Made by a program: the position numbers and the translations under genes. Source: an uncultured Acidimicrobiales bacterium (GTDB lineage Bacteria; Actinomycetota; Acidimicrobiia; Acidimicrobiales; SHLQ01). From it: 60,466 nucleotides of DNA. The stretch is from NCBI GenBank assembly GCA_938040365.1, contig CALHXU010000013.1, positions 1 to 60,466 of the forward strand. Reading direction: 5' to 3'. The notes beneath the pieces are model-generated. The model ran no database searches and was not told where the DNA came from. It saw only the letters and a list, made by a program, of their open reading frames with translations. Positions 17,083-26,594 of this stretch are shown in pieces. Each line of letters opens with the position of its first letter. Position 1 is the first letter of the stretch.

Positions 17083-18048
17083 GTGCGAGCGGACGAACAA
17101 CACGCTGAGACCAACGCTATTGCACTCGGGGACCGAGTGTCTGTTAGTGGTGTGTCTTGGCACGGTGGAGTTCCAACGGTTCGGGCCCGCCGAAATGGCG
17201 CAGCGTCGATTTTTGTCCCGCTGTTGGGGTTGACGTTGCAATACGCCGCCGACAGCGCCCGTCGGACCTGCATTGGCCACAAGCCATTTCGCGACTCTTC
17301 GGCGTCATGGGTCGACTGTGACAACGCCCCGCTTCGCCAGGGCCACAAGTGCGATCGCTGCACTGCGAACGACGCAACGTTCGCATCCCAACTCCATCAC
17401 GCCCACACCCGTGGCGCAGGCGAACTCGATGCGTCGGTACAGGCCCACCTCAAACAGGAAAACCATCTCTACCTCGCCGGGTTTCGCGACGGTTCGATCA
17501 AGGTCGGAACGTCCACATCGACACGCCTCAACACCCGCTTAGCCGAACAAGGCGCGTGGCAAGCAGAGGTCGTAGCCACGACAACAAATGGCATCACGGT
17601 CCGCGAGATCGAATCGCTCGTGACCTCCGACCTTGGGATCTCCCAATCGGTGTCGGCCCGCCGCAAACTTGCCGGCCTCGTCGCACCGGTCGACGACGAA
17701 CGCGTCGGAGGCGAGCTTTCGCGATGGGCAGACGCGGTGCATCAGCTAATCGAGCGGTTCGACTCGAACCAGATCAGCACCCCCTCGTTAGTCAGCACCG
17801 TGTCGCAGCGTTGGGAGAATCCAGCGGCACACGACGAGCTGTGGGCGAACGTGATCGAATACCCACTCGATCTGACCTCCGGATGCCACAACCTCGAAGT
17901 ACGCGGCGCAATCGGTCGGCATTTTGGCTTCACACGGCCCGGCGCGAACGATGTCTTCGTCGCCGACCTTCGTCACCTGTATGGCTTTGAGATCGAGATG
18001 GCCAGCGTCGACGCCGACGAGCTCACCGTCCAGGACAGCCTCTTCTGA
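17083..18048 (+). CDS. hypothetical protein, DUF2797-like (Cys4 zinc-ribbon region)
   Basis: CIGH...C...CDRC cysteine cluster followed by HLYLAGFRDGSIKVGTS. This resembles my recollection of DUF2797 proteins. The GTG start is uncertain. Confidence 0.45.
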   Translation: MRADEQHAETNAIALGDRVSVSGVSWHGGVPTVRARRNGAASIFVPLLGLTLQYAADSARRTCIGHKPFRDSSASWVDCDNAPLRQGHKCDRCTANDATFASQLHHAHTRGAGELDASVQAHLKQENHLYLAGFRDGSIKVGTSTSTRLNTRLAEQGAWQAEVVATTTNGITVREIESLVTSDLGISQSVSARRKLAGLVAPVDDERVGGELSRWADAVHQLIERFDSNQISTPSLVSTVSQRWENPAAHDELWANVIEYPLDLTSGCHNLEVRGAIGRHFGFTRPGANDVFVADLRHLYGFEIEMASVDADELTVQDSLF

Positions 18049-19505
18049 TGATGAATTCGAGTCCATCGCCGTACCCATTTGGTCCAGCGACAGTCGCAGA
18101 CATATTGCTCGACGGCGTTAACGAACACCCCGAACGAGTCGCGCTGGTCGATGGTGATGAGTCATGGACGTGGCGCGAACTCGATGATGCCGTGGCGAAC
18201 CTCTCGCTCCACATTCGTGAGCGGCAAGCACTTTGCTGGGACGTAGCGAACTCGGCCACAGCGGTGATCGGCGCCCTCGCAACGTTTCGTGCGGGGGGCA
18301 TCTGGGTTGGCCATAGTTCGCACGAGGATCGGGAGCGGCTCGAACCGCTGCTGGGCCCCATCGACGTCGTCTCCTCGATCGATGCCGTCTGCGATGGACC
18401 GTCCTTTCCTCCGGTCGCGATCGATCCACACGGGTTAGCCGCCGTGACCTTCACGTCGGGCACGAGTGGCCGCCCGAAGGCGGTAGCGCACAGCCAACAT
18501 GGGCTGCTCTGCCCTGCTCTGGTCAGCATCGACGTCGAACCACCCGAGGCAAACGAGCGAATCGGCACGCCGCTCAACCTCGGCATCCTCAATATGTTGG
18601 TCCTCGGCCCCCTCTCATCACTCGTTCGGGGCAGTACGTACGTGTGCATGTCGAACACCCACGCCGACGGCTTTGCGACAGACGTTGCGCGCCACGGTGT
18701 CACAAGAACCTTCGTAGTGCCGACCATGCTCCACGACCTCGTCGACGCTCATGACGCCATACCCACCAAGCTCGCATCGTTGCGTCGCATCATCGTGGGT
18801 GGCTCATCGGCGACTGCCACATTGCTTTCGACCTTCACCGAGAGCTACGGGGTTCGCCCCACGCTCAGTTATGGGCTGAGCGAAGCGCCGACCGGCGTCG
18901 TTCGTGAATCGCTCGATGACCCAATTGGATCCGGGCGAGGGTACCCACTGCCCCACGTTTCGGTTGACGTCATCGATAAAGACGATGCCGGGATTGGCGA
19001 GATCGTGCTGTCGCCAGCGAGCGAAGGGCCGTGGGCGAATTGCTGGACGGGAACGCTTGGCTACCTCGGCGAACCCGATCGCACCGAAGCGCTCTTCCGC
19101 GGCGGCCGAATCCACACCGGCGACCTTGGCCGCATCGATGCTGACGGCGCACTCTCGGTCACCGGCCGGCGATCGAGCCTGATCATTCGCGGCGGTAAGA
19201 ACGTCGACCCGATCGAGATAGAAACGCGGCTCAGGAACGCCCCGTGGATTTCCGAGGCACTCGCCGTGGGCGTCGCCGACGAACGGCTCGGCATGCGCGT
19301 CGGGGTGCTCGTCGTACCGTTGCCTACCAGGCCCAACCTCACCGCCGAACCTGGTGGCGAACTCGCTCGTGAGCTCACCTCGCTCGCCGGTGTACCGATC
19401 GACGAAGTCGCAATCGTCGACGAACTACCAAGAAATGAACTCGGAAAACCGATTCGACAAGTTCCACCGTCAACGTGGCGTCGGGACGGTACTCTCGATT
19501 CGTGA
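18048..19505 (+). CDS. AMP-dependent synthetase/ligase (acyl-CoA synthetase family)
   Basis: AMP-binding motifs [18 protein letters not shown] and [18 protein letters not shown], plus the C-terminal lysine region LPRNELGKP. Confidence 0.85.
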   Translation: MMNSSPSPYPFGPATVADILLDGVNEHPERVALVDGDESWTWRELDDAVANLSLHIRERQALCWDVANSATAVIGALATFRAGGIWVGHSSHEDRERLEPLLGPIDVVSSIDAVCDGPSFPPVAIDPHGLAAVTFTSGTSGRPKAVAHSQHGLLCPALVSIDVEPPEANERIGTPLNLGILNMLVLGPLSSLVRGSTYVCMSNTHADGFATDVARHGVTRTFVVPTMLHDLVDAHDAIPTKLASLRRIIVGGSSATATLLSTFTESYGVRPTLSYGLSEAPTGVVRESLDDPIGSGRGYPLPHVSVDVIDKDDAGIGEIVLSPASEGPWANCWTGTLGYLGEPDRTEALFRGGRIHTGDLGRIDADGALSVTGRRSSLIIRGGKNVDPIEIETRLRNAPWISEALAVGVADERLGMRVGVLVVPLPTRPNLTAEPGGELARELTSLAGVPIDEVAIVDELPRNELGKPIRQVPPSTWRRDGTLDS

Positions 19506-21133
19506 CGAACATCGACTACACCGAACTCCTCCCGCTCGGCGAAGACACGACCGAGTACCGAAAGCTCACCAGCGATGGTGTTTCGACCTTTGAAGCGCAA
19601 GGTCAGAAATTTCTGAAGGTCGAACCTGAGGCGATCCGCACCCTGACCGCCACGGCAATGCACGACATTGCTCACTTCCTACGACCGAGCCACCTCCAGC
19701 AGCTCCGAAACATCCTTGACGACGCCGAAGCATCGCCGAACGATCATTTCGTCGCCGAAGAGCTACTCCAGAACGCAAACATTTCCTCTGGCGGGATCTT
19801 GCCGATGTGCCAAGACACCGGCACCGCAATCGTGATGGGCAAGAAAGGCCAGAACGTCTTTACCGGCTTCGACGATGAACACACGATCAGCCAAGGCGTC
19901 CACGACACGTACCTCACCTCGAACCTTCGGTACAGCCAGCTCGCGCCGATCAGCCTGTTCGAGGAGAAGAACACAGGCAACAACCTGCCCGCCCAAATCG
20001 AGCTCTACGCGACCCAAGGTGACGCGTACAAGTTTCTGTTCATGGCCAAGGGCGGTGGCTCAGCGAACAAGACCTTCCTGTTCCAAGAGACCAAAGCGCT
20101 GCTCAACCCCGACAGCCTGATGAAGTTCCTCGACATCAACCTCCAAAAGCTCGGCACTTCGGCGTGCCCGCCCTATCACCTCGCGGTGGTCATCGGTGGA
20201 ACCTCGGCCGAGTTCAACCTCAAGACTGCGAAGTACGCGTCGGCCCGGTACCTCGACTCGCTTCCAACCGAAGGCTCGCCTTCGGGTCATGGTTTCCGCG
20301 ACCTCGAATGGGAACAACGCATTCTCGAACTCACCCGTGAGATGGGAATCGGCGCGCAGTTCGGTGGCAAGTACTTCTGCCACGACGTTCGCGTAATTCG
20401 CCTTCCGCGTCACGGCGCCTCGAACCCGGTCGGCATTGCCGTTTCGTGCTCGGCCGATCGACAGGCGTTGGGCAAGATCACCGAAGACGGCGTGTTCGTC
20501 GAGAAGCTTGAGACCGACCCGGCCCAGTACCTGCCCGAGGTCACCAACGAGGACCTCGGTACGACGACGGTCAAGATCGATCTGAACCAGCCCATGGCCG
20601 ACATTCGTAACGAGCTGACCAAACATCCGGTCAAGACTCGCCTGTCGCTCAGCGGCACGTTGGTCGTGGGCCGCGACATCGTCCACGCAAAGATCAAGGA
20701 GCGGCTCGACGCTGGCGAAGAGATGCCCGAGTACCTCAAGAACCATCCGATCTATTACGCCGGTCCGGCAAAGACGCCCGAGGGCTTCGCGTCGGGATCG
20801 TTCGGACCGACCACTGCTGGACGAATGGATAGTTACGTCGACCAGTTCCAGGCCGCTGGCGGCTCGATGGTCATGCTCGCTAAAGGCAATCGGTCAAAGC
20901 AGGTGCTCGATGCGTGCAATACCCACGGTGGCTTCTACCTCGGTTCCATCGGCGGACCAGCAGCACGCCTCGCCCAGGACGCGATCAAGAAGGTCGAGGT
21001 TCTCGAATACGAAGAACTCGGCATGGAAGCCGTCTGGCGCATCGAAGTCGAAGACTTCCCCGCGTTCATCATCATCGACGACAAGGGCAACGACTTCTTC
21101 TCCGAAGTAAGCACCCCCGTCCACCTACGTTAA
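19502..21133 (+). CDS. class I (Fe-S dependent) fumarate hydratase, single-polypeptide type
   Basis: About 540 aa. [11 protein letters not shown] in the N-terminal domain and a C-terminal beta-type domain ([15 protein letters not shown]). The GTG at 19502 overlaps the upstream stop (GTGA). The track start at 19475 is also possible. Confidence 0.85.
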   Translation: MTNIDYTELLPLGEDTTEYRKLTSDGVSTFEAQGQKFLKVEPEAIRTLTATAMHDIAHFLRPSHLQQLRNILDDAEASPNDHFVAEELLQNANISSGGILPMCQDTGTAIVMGKKGQNVFTGFDDEHTISQGVHDTYLTSNLRYSQLAPISLFEEKNTGNNLPAQIELYATQGDAYKFLFMAKGGGSANKTFLFQETKALLNPDSLMKFLDINLQKLGTSACPPYHLAVVIGGTSAEFNLKTAKYASARYLDSLPTEGSPSGHGFRDLEWEQRILELTREMGIGAQFGGKYFCHDVRVIRLPRHGASNPVGIAVSCSADRQALGKITEDGVFVEKLETDPAQYLPEVTNEDLGTTTVKIDLNQPMADIRNELTKHPVKTRLSLSGTLVVGRDIVHAKIKERLDAGEEMPEYLKNHPIYYAGPAKTPEGFASGSFGPTTAGRMDSYVDQFQAAGGSMVMLAKGNRSKQVLDACNTHGGFYLGSIGGPAARLAQDAIKKVEVLEYEELGMEAVWRIEVEDFPAFIIIDDKGNDFFSEVSTPVHLR

Positions 21134-21139
21134 TTTTCG

Positions 21140-21153
21140 TCCCCTTTCGGGGA
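21140..21153. terminator. short bidirectional hairpin between convergent fumarase and ClC genes
   Basis: TCCCC-TTTC-GGGGA, preceded by TAATTTTCG. Only 30 nt separate the two stop codons. Confidence 0.4.
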
Positions 21154-21163
21154 GAGCGTTCGG

Positions 21164-22792
21164 TCAGTCGATCGAGGAATCTAGGTCGACTGAAGTGAGG
21201 CCTGCGAGTGAGGTTGTGCTGATGACGCCCATGGGGCAGTCGAATTCATCGACCACACAAATCGCTGCCGTATCGTGTTGATTCATAAGGCGCGCTGCCT
21301 CGACGGCGGGAGCCTCACACGAGATGGCCGGGAGCTGCCGCATTGCCTGGCGCACATCAGCGTCGGGACCGTGTTCGAGCATTGCCGCGGCGAGATCGTG
21401 CAGGACGATGAGCCCTTCGTACTTTGGTCCACCGACCGGAATGGCGAACGATTGCGAACGATCGCCGTAGCCGTCGATGACATCGAGGAGTGTTGCGTCG
21501 GGCGAAATGACCCCGAGGTCATCGATCATCACGGTCGAGGCCGGCTCGTTCAATCGGCGTTCCAGCTGTCCTTGGCGTTCGCTGCGTTGGTTCTGCGAGA
21601 CCGAATCGTCGCCCATGACCGCTTGGGCGATTGCGGTGGCGATCAGCGCGGGAATGACGAACTCGGCTCGGCCCGTTGTCTCGGCGACAAACATGACCGC
21701 CGCGAGCGGCGTTCGATACCCAGCCCCGAGTACTGCAGCGAGGCCGATGACCGGATAGAGCCCGGTCGATGGAGCGCCGACCACCAGCTCGACCGCCCGG
21801 CCGAGGAACATACCTTGGACGACGAGCGGGATGAACACGCCACCGACGCCGCCGAGGCTGAGCGCTGCGCCGGTCACAAAAAATCGGAGCACGAAGAGCA
21901 CGATGATCGCCGTGAGGGTGACCTCATTGTCGACGACCAACGATGCGGCGATCTCTGAGCCGATACCGATGGTGACCGGTTCGTCGACGAGCGCGTTGGC
22001 GATCAGGAGCGCTCCACCCATCGTGACCGCGGCGATTGGTAGGCGAACCACAAACTCGTATTGGGTGCTGAGCGATTTCGCATAGTTGAAGCCGCGAGCA
22101 AGGGCCTTTGCGACGACGCCGGCGAGGACGCCGATGAGAACTGCTGCGACTAGTTCGTCTTGGATTTCGAGTTCGGTCGGGTTGAACGCGAGGAGCGGTT
22201 CCGCGCCGAGAAAGGAGATGAAGGTGAGATAGCTCGCCGCGGCCGAGATAAGCGCTGGGATCAGGCCATGCTTCGAAACGTCGCGTCGATACGGTGCTTC
22301 GATCGCCCAAAGCACACCAGTCGCTGGGGCGCGGAAGATCGCGGCAACTCCAGCGGCTGCACCTGCGACGAGGAGCACCAGGCGCGGCTTTTCGCCGAGC
22401 ACTCGTGGCAGCCTGTCGCCGAGGGTCTGACCAATCGTTGCTCCGGCAAGGATCGACGGGCCTTCGAGGCCGACCGCGCCGCCGCTACCGATCGTGCCGA
22501 AACTCGCAACGAGTTTGGGCAGCAACGCCTTACCTTCGGCGCCGGACCCGCTGTGGAACGATTCGATGTAGGCATCAGATGAGGTCGATGAGGCGCCTGC
22601 GGTACGCGAGATGATCGCATACACGATGATGAGGCCGATGGGCGGCAAGATCAGCTGCACCCAGATCGGAGACCGAAGTACGGCGTCGAGTGTGATGTCG
22701 AGCGTGATGAACTCGAGCAATGCAACGAACGCGCCGATGACAATGCCGAGACCGGCATAGATCAAGAAGCGGATTGCGCCGTTGGTGAACAC
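21164..22792 (-). CDS. voltage-gated chloride channel (ClC) family protein with C-terminal CBS pair
   Basis: ClC selectivity motifs GSGGAVGLEGP and GVFIPLV, followed by a CBS-domain region of about 130 aa. Confidence 0.85.
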   Translation of the reverse strand: MFTNGAIRFLIYAGLGIVIGAFVALLEFITLDITLDAVLRSPIWVQLILPPIGLIIVYAIISRTAGASSTSSDAYIESFHSGSGAEGKALLPKLVASFGTIGSGGAVGLEGPSILAGATIGQTLGDRLPRVLGEKPRLVLLVAGAAAGVAAIFRAPATGVLWAIEAPYRRDVSKHGLIPALISAAASYLTFISFLGAEPLLAFNPTELEIQDELVAAVLIGVLAGVVAKALARGFNYAKSLSTQYEFVVRLPIAAVTMGGALLIANALVDEPVTIGIGSEIAASLVVDNEVTLTAIIVLFVLRFFVTGAALSLGGVGGVFIPLVVQGMFLGRAVELVVGAPSTGLYPVIGLAAVLGAGYRTPLAAVMFVAETTGRAEFVIPALIATAIAQAVMGDDSVSQNQRSERQGQLERRLNEPASTVMIDDLGVISPDATLLDVIDGYGDRSQSFAIPVGGPKYEGLIVLHDLAAAMLEHGPDADVRQAMRQLPAISCEAPAVEAARLMNQHDTAAICVVDEFDCPMGVISTTSLAGLTSVDLDSSID

Positions 22793-22878
22793 CTACGCAC
22801 TCTAGGGAACCGCGGCTGGCGTGAGGACCCAATCGGCCAATCAACGCGTGAAAATTTCCGCGTGCATACTTCGGGACG

Positions 22879-24399
22879 CTACCGGGCCACGATCGGGCCG
22901 AGCGCGCAATAGCTCACCCAGGTCTGCTCGTGTGTATTTGGCGAGCCCGCATCAGTAGACGCGCCAGAATCTGGTGTCACTGCGCCAGCGACTGGCACCG
23001 CCGCCGCAGCGAGCGGTGTTGTCGCGAGCGATACAGCGGCCGCACTTCCAGACACGACGACGAACAGCGCAATGACGAGCGGAGCAATACCGATGCTCCG
23101 ACCACCACCGGGACCAGAACCAGGGTGGCGAAGTTGAGGCGCTGGGCCTTCCTTCAACAGCAGGTGCATGACCATCGCAAAGATGCCAAGTGCTACTGCG
23201 AGCCACCACATGAGGGCGTAGCTGCCGGTGATGTCGACGACCTCGCCGCCCATCCATGCACCGATGAATGACCCCATTTGATGCGAGAGAAACACGATCC
23301 CAAAGAGCGCACCCGAATTTGCCGGGCCGAACATCTCGGTGACCATCGCTGAGGTCGGCGGCACGGTCGAGAGCCAGAGAACCCCCATCGCCATCGCAAA
23401 GATGATCGTGGTCGTTGGTGTAACCGGCATGAGGACAAAGACTGCGATCGTGACCGCACGGAGGCCATAGATCGCTGCGAGCAGTTTCGTATAAGAAAAT
23501 CGCTGACCTAGAGCGCCGACGAGCAACGAACCAAACACGTTGAATAGGCCAATGAGCGCGAGCCCGGTCGACGCGGTCGACGCCGACAATCCTTCAAGAT
23601 TGACGAACCCAGCGAGGTGCACGCCAATGAAGGTGACGTGGAACCCACATACGAAGAACGCCGCGTTGAGCAGGAGGTATGGTCTGCTCCTTTGGGCTCG
23701 AGCGAGATCGTCCTTCAGCGGAGTACGTTCCGATGGTGCTGGCGATGAGGCGGTCGCCGCGTCTTGAAGCTCACTCACCTTTGAGCGCTCTATCACTTTC
23801 GAACGCTCTATCACTTTCGAACGCATGGCAGGTGCGACGAGAACGATCGGGATCAAGAAGAGCGCCATGATAAACGACGTCGATTGCCAGTCGCCTCGGT
23901 CGAGCAAGATTCGGGCGATCGGAATGAGAGCGAACTGACCGAGCGAGCCAATCGCGCTCACGATGCCGAGCATCAACGATCGTTTCTCGGGGGGAGCCAT
24001 CCGTCCAACCGCGGACAGCACAACTGCAAAGCTCGCCGCGCCAATGGCAATCCCGGCAATGAAACCGCCGGACAGGATGATCATCCCAGTGCTCTGTGCG
24101 GTCGACATGAGCGCCATCGCCAGCGCGTAGAGCAGGCCGCCGCCGGCGAGCGTCGAGGCTGCCCCAAATCGATCCGAGAGCGCTCCGGCGAGCGGTTGAC
24201 TAAACCCCCACATCAGGTTCTGGATGGCAACGGCGAGCGAGATCGACCCGAGATCGGCCCCGAGGCCATCGGAAATCGGGCCTACGAGAAGCCCGAAGGT
24301 CGAGCGCACGCCCAAACTCAACGAGGTGATAACCCCACCAGCCACTACGACAGCCCAAAGTGGAAGCCTCGGACGGTGGGTGGCTTGGACGGAGGTCAC
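22879..24399 (-). CDS. MFS transporter
   Basis: 506 aa, about 12 TM, central loop containing RSKVIERSKVIERSKVSE (in-frame DNA tandem repeat), and an Ala/Pro/Gly-rich C-terminal tail. Confidence 0.8.
   Translation of the reverse strand: MTSVQATHRPRLPLWAVVVAGGVITSLSLGVRSTFGLLVGPISDGLGADLGSISLAVAIQNLMWGFSQPLAGALSDRFGAASTLAGGGLLYALAMALMSTAQSTGMIILSGGFIAGIAIGAASFAVVLSAVGRMAPPEKRSLMLGIVSAIGSLGQFALIPIARILLDRGDWQSTSFIMALFLIPIVLVAPAMRSKVIERSKVIERSKVSELQDAATASSPAPSERTPLKDDLARAQRSRPYLLLNAAFFVCGFHVTFIGVHLAGFVNLEGLSASTASTGLALIGLFNVFGSLLVGALGQRFSYTKLLAAIYGLRAVTIAVFVLMPVTPTTTIIFAMAMGVLWLSTVPPTSAMVTEMFGPANSGALFGIVFLSHQMGSFIGAWMGGEVVDITGSYALMWWLAVALGIFAMVMHLLLKEGPAPQLRHPGSGPGGGRSIGIAPLVIALFVVVSGSAAAVSLATTPLAAAAVPVAGAVTPDSGASTDAGSPNTHEQTWVSYCALGPIVAR
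23786..23821 (+). repeat. perfect 18-nt x 2 in-frame tandem duplication inside the MFS gene
   Basis: CGCTCTATCACTTTCGAA at 23786-23803 and 23804-23821, with a degenerate third unit upstream. Encodes RSKVIE-RSKVIE-RSKVSE. Confidence 0.9.
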
Positions 24400-24463
24400 G
24401 GAGAAACGTTAGCTCCACGCTTGAGGTGGCGACCTCACGCGAGGAAACGTTTACCGCAGAGCG

Positions 24464-25033
24464 CTAACCGAGCAGGATTTCTTCGGCGAGCACCAGGCCG
24501 CCCTCGAGCGCGTCACGGTCCTCGAATCGAGCCCAGTCGAGCCACAGTCCGTTGGTGAGCGCGATTGCTTTGCTACACCGACCATGCAACTCGGTCGGGT
24601 CGAGATGTGGGCGGGCGATGAGCACGATCTCTTGAAGTGCTTCTTCGTAGCGACGGCCGTAATCGGCATCGACCTTTGCCAACTCAGCATCGGTGAGCGC
24701 AACGGCCCACAACGACACACGCAATTGCAGATAGTCGTGGGTAAGGAATTCGTCGCTGAACGAGCTCCGCAGGAACGCCCGCACCTTGTCGTTGGGGTCA
24801 TCGACCTCACTCGCTGCCTTCCGACTCGCTTCGCGAATCTCGGCGGTCGCCCGCTCGAACGTGGCAACGATCAGCCGGTCCTTATCGTCGAAGTGATAAC
24901 TGATCAGCCCAAGACTTACGTCCGCTTCGTCAGCGATCTGACGCATGCTCGTTCCCTGCACGCCGTCGCGCACGATGATCGACTGCACCGCATCGAGGAT
25001 GGTGTTGGGTGTGTCGGTTCCGCTCATGTCCAT
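24464..25033 (-). CDS. TetR family transcriptional regulator
   Basis: N-terminal HTH ILDAVQSIIVRDGVQGTSMRQIADEADVSLGLISYHF. Start at the ATG at 25031-25033. Lies immediately upstream of the MFS gene on the same strand. Confidence 0.85.
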   Translation of the reverse strand: MDMSGTDTPNTILDAVQSIIVRDGVQGTSMRQIADEADVSLGLISYHFDDKDRLIVATFERATAEIREASRKAASEVDDPNDKVRAFLRSSFSDEFLTHDYLQLRVSLWAVALTDAELAKVDADYGRRYEEALQEIVLIARPHLDPTELHGRCSKAIALTNGLWLDWARFEDRDALEGGLVLAEEILLG

Positions 25034-25092
25034 TCCGACCGTAGCAGTAACACCCGGGCATCTCCGGCTCGTGACAGCGCTATCCTCGGGCC

Positions 25093-25554
25093 GTGTCTGC
25101 AAACGTTCGCCCAAACAGTGACCGACCAAGCACTGAAATTGCCGACGCCGATACCTGCCCGTGTCGGGCCGCCGGATCATCAGACCGCCGCTCGTATTCG
25201 AATTGCTGTAAGCCGTGGCACGACGCTGGATTCGCAGGACTTGGCGCAACTCCCGAGATCACGATGCGCTCGCGCTATAGCGCGTACGTAACCCACGACG
25301 AGGCGTACCTTCTCAGCACATGGCACGATTCGACGCGCCCGAGCGGGATTGCGTTTCCTACAAACATCGAATGGCACGGACTTTCGATCCACGAGACGTC
25401 GGGTTCGAGTCTCGATGCAACTGGTTCGGTCGAGTTCAGTGCTCGGTTTCGACGAGACGATGCGCACCTCGAACTTCGAGAACACAGCACGTTCGCGCAA
25501 GAAAACGGTCGCTGGTTTTATGTCGAGGGACTCGACCCCGACGCCCGGGGTTGA
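25093..25554 (+). CDS. YchJ family (UPF0225) protein with SEC-C type metal-binding motif
   Basis: CPC...YSNCC Cys motif followed by MRSRYSAYV and an NTF2-like C-terminal half, typical of YchJ. Confidence 0.7.
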   Translation: MSANVRPNSDRPSTEIADADTCPCRAAGSSDRRSYSNCCKPWHDAGFAGLGATPEITMRSRYSAYVTHDEAYLLSTWHDSTRPSGIAFPTNIEWHGLSIHETSGSSLDATGSVEFSARFRRDDAHLELREHSTFAQENGRWFYVEGLDPDARG

Positions 25555-25637
25555 CCGGGCAATTCACAAAGATTCGTGAGGATTCGCGAGATGACGAATC
25601 GTATGACCTCAATAGCACTACCGTAGATGAAGTTCTC

Positions 25638-26594
25638 ATGACGTCGACGAGTCCTCCTACCCCACGTATCCCACCCCCACGGGTATCGGTTCCGGGCCGC
25701 TCTCCCCTGCCCGAGAACGAGCAGGAAACGAACGGCGCGTCGACTCTCGATCTCACCGGCCTCAACGGCGATGGCGTTGATCGTGGCGATCACGGCGACG
25801 ATCGGTCCGAAGCGAACGCGAAGTCGCCAACTCGCGGCCGCGTACTCACCGCCCTTTTGTGGCTTTCGGCAATTGGGCTCGGCGCTCTGCTCGCCTTCTT
25901 CATCTTTGGCCGCGACGAGACCCTCGCCCCCGACGAGGTCGACACTGCAATCGACGCCGCCCTGAGCGAGGCGTTCGAAAACACGACGGTGCCTCCTGAC
26001 CGTGGTCCGGCGATCTATGGCACGATCTTTCCTTCGCTCGTGCTGATCCAGGTCGGCGAAGGTGACGACGGTGGTCTCGGCAGCGGTGTGATCATCAACG
26101 CCGATGGGTCGATTATGACCTCTGAGCACGTGGTGGCTGGCGCCGATGAGATCACGGTGACCTTCACCGATGGAACAACGGCGATTGGCCAGGTCACCGA
26201 GTCGGTGCCCGAGATGGACATCGCGGTAATCCAGACCAACGCGCTTCCCGATGTTGTTGTGCCGGCCACGCTCGGCGGAACTCCAGCGATTGGGTCTCGG
26301 GTGTACGCGGTTGGGAACCCGCTGGGGCTGTCGGCGTCGATCTCGACCGGCGTGATCTCGGCGACTGGGCGAACCATCAATCGCGATGACGGTGCACCGC
26401 TCGAAGATCTCATCCAGTTCGATGCAGCGGTCAATCCTGGGAGCTCAGGTGGTCCGCTGCTCGATGAAAACGCACAGCTGATCGGCATCGTCACGGCATT
26501 GGTCAACCCGACCGGAGAGGACTTCTTCTCGGGCATTGGCTTTGCCGTACCTATCCAAAACGCAGCTGGAGAAACGGGAGGCCTCGAACAGTGA
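25638..26594 (+). CDS. membrane-anchored trypsin-like serine protease (S1C/HtrA-like, no PDZ)
   Basis: Pro-rich N-terminus, one TM (VLTALLWLSAIGLGALLAFFIF), then a catalytic triad context of SEHVV, DIAVIQ and NPGSSGGPL. ATG at 25638. The longer track ORF overlaps ychJ. The stop overlaps the MoxR GTG. Confidence 0.8.
   Translation: MTSTSPPTPRIPPPRVSVPGRSPLPENEQETNGASTLDLTGLNGDGVDRGDHGDDRSEANAKSPTRGRVLTALLWLSAIGLGALLAFFIFGRDETLAPDEVDTAIDAALSEAFENTTVPPDRGPAIYGTIFPSLVLIQVGEGDDGGLGSGVIINADGSIMTSEHVVAGADEITVTFTDGTTAIGQVTESVPEMDIAVIQTNALPDVVVPATLGGTPAIGSRVYAVGNPLGLSASISTGVISATGRTINRDDGAPLEDLIQFDAAVNPGSSGGPLLDENAQLIGIVTALVNPTGEDFFSGIGFAVPIQNAAGETGGLEQ

Noticed and set aside
25320-25637. Upstream 106 codons of the 424-aa ORF preceding the serine protease.
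   Set aside because: It overlaps the YchJ gene in another frame. The protease has a sensible ATG at 25638, followed by a Pro-rich linker and a TM.
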